64,000 nt of DNA from Laetmonice hystrix (taxonomy: Eukaryota), in contig OZ249436.1 in the NCBI GenBank assembly GCA_965235115.1, forward strand, positions 14,076,001-14,140,000, read 5' to 3'. Positions 48,901 to 58,506 of the stretch are shown piece by piece. Position numbers and translations under genes: made by a program. Each line of letters begins with the position of its first letter. The stretch's first letter is position 1. The notes beneath the pieces are model-generated. The model saw nothing but the letters and a program-made list of their open reading frames with translations. It was not told the DNA's origin and did not search any database.

Positions 48901-51900
48901 GCGCCGTTCATTAAGCGGCAATAGGCCTAATACTACAGACCTCCACCTGCAGATGTTTGGGTATTTGTCCTGTATAGGCCTACTCACGGTGTCTTGTGTA
49001 CACCGTCGCCATAAGTCGTCGCTTCTTCTAGTTCTGTCTTGAACTGACCAAGCCGCCTTGAATACTATACAAGTACCCAGGCAGCATACATGTGTTACGA
49101 CTAGATGTCTGATGACGTCCATTGTCCCAGATTAAAAGCAAAGAACCATCACGATGAATGCCAAGAGTGTTCAGTCCCGGAATTCCAACTGGAGACGGCA
49201 TCGTTATAAAATTCCGTTTAACTATCATGTTCGCTTTCCAAACATGTCGGCCTGTTTAGTCTCCTACACATGTGATGTGATCCTGAAAGCGGCCTAGTGA
49301 ATGTTGGGGTTGAAAAGGATCTCCTCCCTTTCGTAATGCAGCTCACCATCAGAATTTCCTTATTTGGTTCTTGGTGGGCATGCTTTGAAATGTTATATGA
49401 TCCACCTGGAGGATTCTACTAGGTAACCCGAGCCCTTCACAAACGATCCAATTTCTTTTTTAATGGTCTCTATAAGCCTCTATACATTTGCCGTTACTCA
49501 CGGTCACGTGATAGTGGAAAAAATGGTTTGAGAATGTTCGCCCGCCTTTGTGAAAACGGTACGTAAAGGGAAACTGCTTGTGATCATTACACTACTGAGT
49601 GGACACATAATGTGCGCCGGTGTCTTATCGAAAAGTGATCCCCATGGAAAAGTGACCCATGTATCACATTTCCACAGTGGAAAAGTGACCTCTGTGGTAA
49701 TCTGACCCAAAACAAAAAGATTTAAACGTTTTTTAAATGTTTATTTTATTTTTAAACTACCATGAGATACCATGTCGGGAGGGGGGGGGTCAGTTTTCCA
49801 TGCCATAGAATTTCGACCCCCTTGTAGGATCATTATGTTAGACTGTCTGATACACGGTAATATGAACTGGGGTTGATCATAATTCACAAAAGAGGGGAAA
49901 TTCATGAAGCATTGAACCTCGATGGCAAAAAATTTAAACTGGCGTATATCTAGGCCGTGGATCCATGAAATAAAGAAGTGCTAACACCTATGATCTAGGT
50001 GAGATCCTATCATCCACAGGGATGACCACCCATCCACTGTAGAAAAGTGACCCATGGATCACTTTTCGATGTGGTAAACTGCCCCCCCCCCGTGTCATTT
50101 TTCCACGGGGTCACTTTACCACATGACAGCTGTCTTGAGCGTTACCATAATCAAATGGCAAATACTTCCTAGAACCCATTGGCGTTATTTTGTTAATATG
50201 AGATAGAGATTTTATATGTGAGCCCCCTTTATTGGTAACGAAAGTGTCACTGTGCATAGCCATAGGAGGAACGCGGGAGCTTGCAATGGAAAGAAGCACT
50301 GTCATTTCAAACAGCCACTGTACAGATATGAAGTGAATAGCCTCACTCGCGGAAAAACAATTCCATACCTACAGGCCCTTCGTCTAAGGACGAAGCAGCT
50401 TCATTTGATCATACCTCTTTAAAATCTAATGACCATTATTGATATGCAGCCTTCTCTGTCGCAAATTACGAAATCGACCAGTGAATCAATGAATAATTAT
50501 CTAGAGCGAATATGAAGCGTTATGATTTTTCTTAAGTAACCAGGAGGATACTGGGCCACTCAATGATCAAACACACGTCCTATCCTATAGCCTAATGCCC
50601 CATCCTACAGATAAACTTTCATTCCATCCTAGTTATTTTTGTCCTATATCCTATATCCTTTTTCCTCTGTTATAAATACTTGTGACAATAATTTTGTCCT
50701 ATAGACCCTCTAGATGTATACTTTGGTCCTCTCCTATAGAACTGCCCGTCAGGAAGCAGCGACCTCCGACAGGAGCAGTGTCAGGGATTCAACCAGAAAA
50801 CATTTGCCGGTCGACGCTACGATTGGCACGCATTGGCTGCGGGAGTGAAGCCACCAACGTATATCGGTTGGTATCTCTTTTAGTTTTAGAAATATTTCTC
50901 GACTATCTATGATAATCACAAGCTGCAGAGATAATGGTGCTTTAGGCTAGGCCTTTTGCTAGGATCCTGTTCCCACATTGTGATAAGTATCGCTAGCGAA
51001 GGCTTAGATCTATAGATCTAGTAGCCAATAGGCCTATCCTCGACATCTCGTCATTTTATGCTTAGGGGTTGCCTCATCTTGAGTTGTCAAGGGGCATCGC
51101 GCATCCTGCATCACTGGCAGCGGTTCAACCCCGAGCGGGGGAGGAATGGGTTGCCTATATATATAGAACCTATTTATGCGTAAAAGGTATCGATCTCTCT
51201 TCGGCCGTGATGCAAATTAATAGATCTATCCAATAATTATAAGATCACCATTTAGATCCATCATGGAAGGAAAGGCTACGGCCAGTTAGATTCTTTAAGG
51301 TTGATCCATTTTAGCTCAGTTCTTTGCTGGATGCTGGCCACCTAAGTAGGCCTAGGTCTATTTTATAGGCCTGCCTTACTCCACATCGCCTCATGTTGGA
51401 ATTGTTGGTGAAACATTCAAGGTGGGGACATGGACATGGTGGAGGAGAATGCAGGCGTGGTCCTAAGCAGCCTGATAGACCCTGGTCAAGCCAGTCTTGA
51501 TCATAAAGCTCTAGGTCCGTTAGTCCGACAGCCCACTTTGGCCTAAAACCAAATATAGATCTAGGCCTAACTATATATAACCCTAAACCTAACCTTAACT
51601 CTAAACCATAGGGGATTGGTCTGGGAGAGCGAGTGTTTCAATAAAAACCTCGCACCTGGCTCCAGCGAGGTTTTCAAAGATAGGGGGAGACCGGGGCACC
51701 ACGGACACCTAAATTTCATTGGGCATCTTTGGCCTATAGGCCCTATTGAAGCTAAGCCCCAGGAAATTAGGAAAGGAGGCGTAGCCCCCATCCGAGCGTA
51801 GAAAGCGCGACCCCTCGAGAGGGGGGTCTCTGGGGGCCCTCCCCCAGAAAAATTTGAAAATTAAAGTGCCGAATACGCGGTTCCCTGGCATCTGGGAACA

Positions 51901-54519
51901 AAATCCAAGGTCTTAGAGTTAGCTAAAAAAAACACCATTTTTTTCATTAACAATTCAGTCTGCATGCTGCAGAAATTATAGATCTATGAATGGTCGATAT
52001 GAATGGTTCACTATTATTATTAAGATACTACATACGGGGGCATCTATACTTTATTTACATCCTTGCAGGAATAGGAATCTCTTAATGATTTTTCGGGTTC
52101 CCCATCCTTTAATTTGGATGCCGTTGGCTCCGACTTTTCTGTTGACACGGATGCCGCCCACGGCATCCTGTCAATCTTGCCCGATGCCGCCAAAATAATT
52201 TTCGATGCCACATGCGGCTCTCGATGCCGCATTTGGACAGGTCTGATAGGCCCTAGGTAGGGGCCTATAGGGCTAGTAAAGGACCTATAGCCGTAGAGGT
52301 GCGTTGTGCTCAACCTAGAATCTCAGAGATCTGGCCTATAAATAGATCTAGACCTACTAAATAAACTCTCACAGTAGCCTATGCCGAGGTAGGCATATTA
52401 TTAACGTTAACGTAAGTCTTATCAAAAATCTGAAACCAGTTAACATATCATACCCCGGGACGCGGCCTCCATCATTCATTCGCGCGTCAGTCGAGAGGGC
52501 CCACCAGAGGGCGCAGAGCCTATCAGACGCGCGTCACACGTCAGCCGGCGTGAAACATGCTTCCCGTGCATGTCGCTTTGTGAGACCTTGGGCAAGGCCA
52601 AGGTAATGTTTTGGAACGTTAGGGCAACTTAGGCTTTGGTAGGCATAGGCCTAGGCCTACAACAAATCAAACGGTAAACAGTCAGGGCCAGTTAACCGGC
52701 GGCCCTTTCTCGACAAGGAAAACCTCAAATATCTTAGCGTCTGTTAGGCTAATTAGATCTCATCTACTAATCGGTCCACAAATCTTATTTTCATTGACTG
52801 CCAACCCAATGCATATTAGGCCTAGGCCTATTCACAGTCCAATATTTACCCCAACTTGCCCAAGGCCTGTTATTGACGCCCTGTTGATCCTCGTAGTAGG
52901 CTCCCTAGTAGGAGCCTACTATAGGCCTAGCTACTAGGGCCTACATTACACAACCTTCTGACATTTTCAAACACTCTCCTGAAAGTGAGGGGCAGTTCTC
53001 AGGGGTAGGCCTACGTAGGGGTACCAAAGAGTGTAGAATTCTACACTCTTTGGGGGTACTCCAGATGAGAGCCGAACTGTGGAACTTAGTCTTAAGGTCT
53101 CGTAAGGTTTAACCCTGATCATTTATATGGCATATCCACGCTAGATGTTTATAAAAATTTGAATAGATCTATCTTTTAAGTTTTTTAAATAAAGAAAATC
53201 GGGCATCCACTTTTTTCTAGAGTGAATGCTAGCCCATGGGGACACCCATCAAGAATGTAGGGGACATGTTGGCAGGTTTCCCACGCTTCAACAACAAAAA
53301 GTCAGATGCCATGTTTTCAGAGGACCAGTAAAAAGTCTTACATCTTACTTTTGTAATGTTTCATTCAAATGACAGCTTCTTGCAGTTGCAAGAGCTGCCA
53401 AAACCTATTTACATTTATATTAACGATTGATAACCGGCCAGTCATAGACTCTATGTAGGTGTCTTCGTCAGTCAGTTTAGGTCTATAGGTTTATTTGTTA
53501 GTAATTAACATGAAATATCATTTTATGTCTTCTGATAAAAGTTAGCGAAGCTAGTTTTACCAGTAGGCCTATGTCTCGCCATATGGTGCACATCCGAATG
53601 TTTTTGGAGGGAGAGCTTCTCCATTATAGAGGTTAGAAAGCTGACAAAACACACAAAAACAGGTTGGGATACCACAGAAAGGTTGTGTGTGCATGTTTGT
53701 GTGCTTTATATCACAGCACGATTCGCCCTCCACTTCAAGTTCTCAGGCATGGCACAGGATTTGTCATCACGAGGTTATTTCACGGTTTAGTATAGCAGGA
53801 ACTCTATGGTTTACTATGGCGGGTAGTAAGTTATAGAGAGGTACACTTTTGTGGGTTGTACATTGATGGTAGTTGGCAAGGGTAGGCCAGCTATGTGATG
53901 GAATAAATCATAGAAACCATACTTCATTACGGGGTTCCGCCCTTGTGTAACCAAACCATATTTTTACTCAAAATGGATGTGTGGTTTGGATCATAGCTCA
54001 CAAAAAACATGACTGTCATGGCTACACCCACTGCTTCGTCGTGGTGAAAATGGCTCAGGGAAAAAAGGCGACAAATTGGGGATGGATTAGATATCAGATC
54101 TGTCTAGTTTAGAGAAATTTGGCGAATATCATGGCCCATGTTGTGAACAGATGGGACAGTTGTTTACATGTCTCCAGCAATATTAGACGTATGTAATCAT
54201 TATGTAACTCATTTGTATGTTGGTAGTTGGCATTTACATCCACTGTGGGGAAAGAATTGTTCGGTTCTTTTGTTGATGATATTTCTGGAAACTTTATAGG
54301 GCTCAGTCTTACATTTTTCTGCATAAATAAATGTATAAAGCAAATAAAAAAGATGAACAATTTCATTTTTATTTCCTGCACACAGGTCAAGAAAAATGTA
54401 CGCTTTACTGCCAAGCAAGGGGTTACAATTTTGTATCGAAGCTCGCCCGAAAAGTGACGGATGGAACCCTCTGCGAAGCTGGCAACCAAGACCATGTTTG
54501 TATTGCGGGTCACTGTAAG
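19854..54519 (+). CDS. THSD4: THSD4/ADAMTSL4-6-like secreted protein, join(19854..19864,27270..27330,45799..45920,47382..47493,50740..50866,54386..54519), 3' partial
   Basis: All introns are GT-AG and phases match (2,0,2,0,1,0). Spliced product: MIIRVVLLFLTSAVFLLVAGEAKR-TTDNK..WGRWRAWSPCTRTCGTGISHRTRQC..CLGVYKQFRICNIQNCPSGSSDLRQEQC..FAGRRYDW..GQEKCTLYCQARGY..KVTDGTLC..CIAGHCK. No protease domain precedes the TSP1. The symbol is a best family match, not confirmed orthology. Confidence 0.8.
22084..22142. repeat. 15-bp tandem repeat, 4 copies
   Basis: tggttataccaacgt x4, quasi-palindromic; partial copy near 22158. Confidence 0.9.
23390..24230 (-). pseudogene. Decayed multi-C-type-lectin fragment
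   Basis: MWCGYSK..AWLYGDG..IWP..*PC..GWKKCLC, then PDWSNYQGNC, IWIALN and GEFICR across frameshifts and stops. Confidence 0.4.
24878..25129 (+). pseudogene. Orphan C-type lectin C-terminal exon
   Basis: AG acceptor at 24876-24877; TNWQYGDYDQPNQPEICFAF..IHCLG..RRFQCQ matches NW..QPN..C..C..FxC; no partner exon found. Confidence 0.5.
26192..26754. mobile_element. Harbinger-like MITE with CCGTG-rich interior
   Basis: TIR core CCCAGTCCCATA / TATGGGACTGGG; right end ...GGGGCT followed by TA; dense CCGTG/CACGG motifs. Confidence 0.7.
26858..27003. repeat. 11-bp tandem repeat (gagccagcact), probably a MITE interior
   Basis: About 13 degenerate copies downstream of ACCCAGCAAC. Confidence 0.8.
27270..27330 (+). 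CDS. THSD4-like exon 2 (signal peptide)
   Basis: tactttcag|A GTG GTG CTG...AAG AGG|gtgagt; VVLLFLTSAVFLLVAGEAKR. Confidence 0.8.
27468..27645. mobile_element. MITE with G/C-run interior
   Basis: TAGTGGCTGATCCAGG / CCTGGATCCGACCCTG; TAATG flanks both sides. Confidence 0.75.
27850..28070 (-). pseudogene. Decayed sushi/CCP-like exon
   Basis: Acceptor ctcttgtcag, then GCVPPRL..VNT..QGSLKRVSCLVGWWVNRT..PC..VW and a stop. Confidence 0.35.
29299..29606. mobile_element. Foldback MITE, Kolobok-like
   Basis: TTAA flanks; AGCAATCACTGAGTATCTC / GAGATACTCGGTGATTGCT; long internal palindrome. Confidence 0.85.
30709..31367. mobile_element. TG...CA TIR element with subterminal repeats (Ginger-like)
   Basis: TGTTTCGGCTAGATA / TATCTAGCCGGAACA; 5-bp TSD AACCC; ~39-bp internal repeats (gcggacatatccggattaccgg). 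Confidence 0.8.
30931..31212. mobile_element. Nested MITE with ACTAGTCC arms and GGTTAG core
   Basis: Interrupts the host repeat; cactagtccg / ggactagtg inverted repeats; related copy at 51515-51622. Confidence 0.7.
31831..32130. repeat. ~58-bp minisatellite, 5 copies
   Basis: gggttgggaagagattatcagtgcaccacacccctcacatccccaatcacagagaga repeated. Confidence 0.95.
33121..33230. mobile_element. Short palindromic element, Crypton-N-like
   Basis: gttca..aggtgaatggcgc / gcgccattattcacct..tgaac inverted arms. Confidence 0.4.
36501..38680. repeat. 62-bp minisatellite, ~35 copies
   Basis: Unit tcacgaacactacagtgccaaggtga(g/a)caccctctctag(gc/tt)aacatatttctcccagtaaac. Confidence 0.97.
39536..39784 (+). 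pseudogene. Possible decayed spondin-type TSP1 fragment
   Basis: VDHIALSELCRFTS..ITTPAVFGG..NDCRVHEWAKW resembles VDCxxSEWxxW and TPAxxGG; several Cys/Trp are lost. Confidence 0.25.
40692..41064. mobile_element. MITE nested in Harbinger
   Basis: CAGAGGCGTATAGGAA / TTCCTACGCCCCTG; 5-bp TSD AACAA. Confidence 0.85.
41188..41427 (+). pseudogene. Harbinger (HARBI1-like) transposase C-terminal exon, frameshifted
   Basis: ttcacag|(R)CLDGSGGTIQSDP, then RIVLAITCLHNIAINRG; matches HARBI1 RCLDGSxGxLQYxP..IILACCVLHNI. Confidence 0.75.
41834..42902 (+). mobile_element. 5'-truncated CR1/L2-clade LINE
   Basis: Starts inside RT, ends in a 3'UTR with AATAAA and a ~29-nt poly(A). Confidence 0.92.
41840..42712 (+). 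CDS. LINE ORF2 reverse transcriptase C-terminal part (no stops)
   Basis: MFADDT, NKLTVNLEKTKCMYF, YLGIILDDKLQFNDHI, FKSMILPYIEYG, WNNLP..IR..FK. Confidence 0.88.
   Translation: MDSHITSDLSMFADDTGMIAHGDNLSDVASQIKNDIGKLIEWFNANKLTVNLEKTKCMYFSKFINDQRELPQITVNDVQLDFVRNFSYLGIILDDKLQFNDHIKNSIKKAGHKGYMLSRIRQYINNNTALTIFKSMILPYIEYGNIFNGTCNENYKHKLQVIQNSGLKIALKRNILWNTVDLHIEAKLLPCKYRRLIMLQKTTFNEIIDNTALVDRREVVTRAHDGILLQVPKPHSELFKKSNCYYKSIIWNNLPVYIRLITNIDEFKSEIKKYYISMFFMDNNRDIHHW
42997..43124. mobile_element. 128-bp TIR element with 8-bp TSD
   Basis: CAATCTAATTAAAATTAG / CTAATTTTAATTAGATTG; GGCGAAAC at 42989-42996 and 43125-43132. Confidence 0.8.
45799..45920 (+). CDS. THSD4-like exon 3 (TSP1 N-half)
   Basis: tattgcag|ACG...CCT AG|gtaaat; WGRWRAWSPCTRTCGTGISHRTRQC. 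Confidence 0.92.
46420..46466 (+). promoter_or_regulatory. Two tandem CTCF-like motifs
   Basis: TCGCTAGGTGGCGCTG and CCACCAGGTGGCGG. Confidence 0.35.
47382..47493 (+). CDS. THSD4-like exon 4 (basic insert and TSP1 C-half)
   Basis: cactttcag|T CAT...ATA CAG|gtaaag; HKKKVRAQLPGQRRRYRRLMRSNCLGVYKQFRICNIQ. Confidence 0.88.
48100..48600 (-). mobile_element. Ancient R2/Hero-like non-LTR RT relic
   Basis: CEHHYLDHLQTMQVACFIKDLCVWVDLIGCPHL (48333-48235) resembles GCxEH..K.DL.V.W.DL.NAxGS.PH; boundaries approximate. Confidence 0.4.
49621..50128. mobile_element. Degenerate TG...CA MITE (Ginger-like)
   Basis: TGTCTTATCGAAAAGTGATCCCC / GGGGTCACTTTACCACATGACA; repeated GAAAAGTGACC; CCGG left flank. Confidence 0.6.
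50740..50866 (+). CDS. THSD4-like exon 5 (Cys-rich)
   Basis: ctcctatag|AAC TGC CCG...ATC G|gttggt; NCPSGSSDLRQEQCQGFNQKTFAGRRYDW. Donor chosen by phase. Confidence 0.88.
52498..52516 (+). promoter_or_regulatory. Near-consensus CTCF motif in a CpG-rich patch
   Basis: GGCCCACCAGAGGGCGCAG. Confidence 0.5.
53018..53059. mobile_element. 28-bp perfect palindrome with 7-bp TSD (probable P-element excision footprint)
   Basis: GGGGTAC-CAAAGAGTGTAGAATTCTACACTCTTTG-GGGGTAC. Confidence 0.65.
54386..54519 (+). CDS. THSD4-like exon 6 (ADAMTS Cys-rich)
   Basis: cacag|GT CAA...TGT AAG|gtgagt; QEKCTLYCQARGYNFVSKLARKVTDGTLCEAGNQDHVCIAGHCK. Confidence 0.92.
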
Positions 54520-54702
54520 GTGAGTTTACTCATATTTTCTAGAAGAACTGCTTTGTCATCATAATTGGCTTGATCTGTGATGTGTGGATCACCTCGTGTT
54601 CGTAAATTGTCCATAATACATAATCCCCCACCGGCTTCATACCTAGATTAATTATTGGCAATACCTGTCATTGATCAATTCTGTTATATCTAGATATCAT
54701 TT

Positions 54703-54831
54703 GGGGGTGGTTCAACATTTTCACAAGCGTACAAACCGTACGCTAGGGGGGAGGTGGCGGGGTTAACACCAAAAGTACGCTTTTTAAAAACTGTGAAAAA
54801 TGTGATAATGTTGAAATTGTTGAATCACCTC
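54703..54831. mobile_element. Small Harbinger-like MITE
   Basis: GGGGGTGGTTCAACA / TGTTGAATCACCTC followed by TTA. Confidence 0.55.
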
Positions 54832-56654
54832 TTATAGTTATAATTATAGTTTGTATATTCTGCATGAAATAGATGATTTAATAACGATGTCGTGACTGGA
54901 ATTCTGTATTATGATCATGTGATAGCCAGTTATTATCCTGCAGATGTCCTTAATGTATAAGGTACTACAGGAGTGTGCACACATAACTTTTTGACAGAGT
55001 CAGGTTTACCATTGTTAACCTGTAACCCATCCTTACAATGTCCATCTCCTGCCTTTTATGTACCAAGGAAGACTTTTTTTTATTCCTGTTTACGTATGGT
55101 CTAATGACTGTTCTCACTGTTAGAATAGTCCCTGCAACTGTTGAGTTTGGGTATTGTGCCAACCCAAATACGGTAATATTGCTAGCTTAGAAATACGATG
55201 GATCCTTCAAATCTGCTTCTGTGATTCAGGTTAGGACGTCTGATGCTATTTTTTTAAAATACCAAGCTGACAAGGCCTTCCTTGTTAGTGGCCTTAACTG
55301 AAGTGAGGCAGTACTACGTGTGAATTTGAATAAATGTGTTAAACGCAAACACTGCAATATAGGCAGACATGGTAAAGTGGCTATGATACTGGATAGCACA
55401 TTTATGGGGTTCGTGATTATAGTAATATTTGTTGTGTTCCCTCAGTACCAAAGGGTACGCCATAGAGAAAAAAACACTTGGTCTGAGGCTTGGTTGAAGG
55501 GTAATAACACATGTATATGCACACATATTACAATTCAGATCTAGCCTAACAGTTCATCTGACCTTTTGGCACATGAGCATTTCCAGCATATATAGGGTGA
55601 GAACATTAACCATAAAAAAGTGATTTCCGATGCCATGTTAGCAATTTACTCAGTGTGAATAGCATCCCATGAGCATTAAAGTTTCCCAGTGGGAAACGTC
55701 CATACACTGTAAACATCTCTCCAAAACAATTTCTACATTTCTCTCAGAATATTACCAGGACATTTATGTAGGCAACCTTATTTTCATGTACATTATTGTT
55801 TTTTCCCCAAGTGTTATGAGAGTTTGATTTATGAGAAAGTGAAACATTTAGGTAAAGCATTGCGAACGGTTGAAGTAATAACAAAAAGATTGTGATGTAC
55901 TGTGAGTGCTGGTGTTAAGGGCTTGTATACTGAAGGATATGAGCCACACGGGTAATATTCCCGGTTTGAGACAACTCCACGATATTACAGAAGATGTTAC
56001 ATTAAATGTCATCGCAGCAATGATGCAAAGGGTTAAAGCGGAGATCGGGAGGAGGGGACCAAGTAGGAAGCAGGCGTAGGTTCAGGGTGTCAACCTCGGG
56101 GCCATTTTTATGTTTACATTAGGAGATTTATGGGGAAGGAGCTTTCCTATTGGGTTTTCTAATCACCACTACCATCGGCACCGTCAGGTGCGAGCCACCG
56201 GTGCACTAGGTGACTGGTAAGGTGAGCCTTAGCCTTATCACCTTCAGAGCTACTTTCTGATCATTACTAATGCTCCTGTTCCTTACCTCTGGCAGGGATC
56301 CATGCGTGAATACTAAAACCGTTACTATACGATTCTTACCACGCATAAAACAGAATTTCATGGTCACGAAAATTGAATTTCTAGACCTCGATGCAATCTA
56401 CTCTTTATCTTTTCATACATATGCTATTGGTTTATCTTGCCACCAGAGTTTTGAGGTACATTGCAGGTTTGTAAGCAAGGTATCTCGAGTCAACACCTGC
56501 TTGCCTGGCATATATACCTACCGACTCTTGCGTAGTCTCGGAAACATCTGGTAATTTTTGTCGAATTCATTTTGCTGGCAGAGCTTCCACATCTGTAAGT
56601 TGGGGTCTGGTGTGACAGACAAACTGATATATATACTATCTGGTGGGCAACTTC

Positions 56655-56959
56655 TCGAACTGTGACATTAAATATTTCAAGATCTCTATGTCACAAGGCT
56701 CTGAAAGTTGACAGGAGTAAACACGTCGATGTTCGCAATATCTGGTGAAATTTTCAATTTGATATCTCAAATAGTCATTACATGAAACCAAAATTTAAAT
56801 TGTGTCTCAAAAATTGTTGCTCCAGACTTGGTCTTACGTAAGGACTATTTGAAATATCAACTTGAAAATCTCAACAGATGTTAAGAATCTCAAGGTGTAC
56901 TCCTATAACTTCGCAGAAGCTTGTGACAGGATTTTGTAATATTTAACGTCCAAGTTCGA
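56655..56959. repeat. Old imperfect inverted repeat (~135-bp arms)
   Basis: tcgaactgtgacattaaatatt...caaatagtcattac pairs with gtaaggactatttg...aatatttaacgtccaagttcga. Confidence 0.75.
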
Positions 56960-58506
56960 CAATTTTTTTATATGCCTACCCTATGTTGAGCTACATGGGT
57001 ATTGTGTCATCATCTGTCTGCTCACATTGAATTCCAAAATGTTGTTTATGTTATTATTGCTAAATTATTAATGCTCTAAATCATAGATGAGACATTGAGA
57101 ATTGCAACCATCTCACCACATTCAACGTGTAGCATATTGCTGTCCTGTTTGAGGTCTATGGCTTTAGAGTTTCTGTTCATTTTTCAACACAGGTGTGTTT
57201 TTTTAGCTTCATTGTCAGTTTATAGGTTTGTAGATCGATTATATTTATTTATCGCGTATGGAGGTACATGTATATATCTGCCCCTAAAACCTAAGTAAGG
57301 CATTTATGAACAAATTTCTGAAAGCTGAGTTCCCGAAGTAGGAAAATTGGTATCTGTGCGTAGACAAATTCATTCACGTGAGATGTCCCGTAAATGTGTC
57401 CGTGAGAAAGAAATGTTATTAGAATTAAGATGCGCGAATTATCTGAGTCGGGCAATGAATGAATTCAAAATACTAGCAAGTCCATGACAACATGCTGTAG
57501 TCAACTAAAATGTTACACCTGGCCCTCTAGTGTGAACACCAAGTACTAATGTTGAGGTCAAATGATAAGAAGAACGAGATAGTACTCATTCAACCCTTAG
57601 TTAAGTCTTGCTTAACCTAAATTCAACAACTTCAGTGTTTCTGTTACATCTGTTTCGGTTATATATTAATTATATGCAGTCATTGCGGTAAGATAATTCC
57701 GCTTCAGGAGTTTGTATGTAACGTTTAGTTCTCAGTTAATACACCAGATGTCAGAATGAAAGGTTCGGCAGGCCATGTTTGCTCTCTGCTGCGCGACCAC
57801 GTTGTGGGAGCATGGAACGATTAAAGTCTACACTCTATCGACAGTGGGGGACCACAAGACACAAGAAGGTGTATTTTCTTGTAGGCATTACATACCGTGG
57901 TTTAGAATATAGTCATTATCATTAACGATTTTAACGATCGAATAAAGGTGCTCTAATGACCCAGGGTCCAGATCTTGAGAATGATGACCAGTATTAGATA
58001 TCGAAAAATCGTGTTATAAAAATTTGGCATCCATTTCGTATAAATGAACGCTATCTGGTTTTTACAGCTGTACATCATACTAAAATGCATCGTTCCTATG
58101 TGTTAGCACCATTTCCCCGATCGAGATGGCTTACAATAGGAGCAGTCGAAATGGTGCATGGAGAGACAACATGAGGGAATATACTCTCCCTGTCCATACT
58201 CCTTGAAACTGCCACCATGCCACTGATACTGATAAAAAGGCACCTTACTCCTACTCCTAGAGTGTAGACCTCTTGACATTATCGACACTAGGTCATGTTT
58301 GCTGTCGCCTAGATCTGCTGGACTCACCACAGTCACCAACTCTGTCACAAATTATGGACTTGAACACACAAAATTCCATACTTTCTTTTGTAAACTAATA
58401 TGTTGAAGTTGATCATAAATCAACGACCGTCTGTTTTTGGCGAAAGACTAATAACAAAAACTATTCCGTTTCTCCAGTATACACGCGGTAATATCTAGAC
58501 TGGCCT

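Noticed and set aside
51437..51457. Second tRNA-Ala-like PBS (TGGTGGAGGAGAATGCAGGC)
   Set aside because: Has an extra triplet and no LTR pair or gag nearby.
54109..54513. 134-aa minus-strand ORF
   Set aside because: Antisense shadow of exon 6 and its intron.
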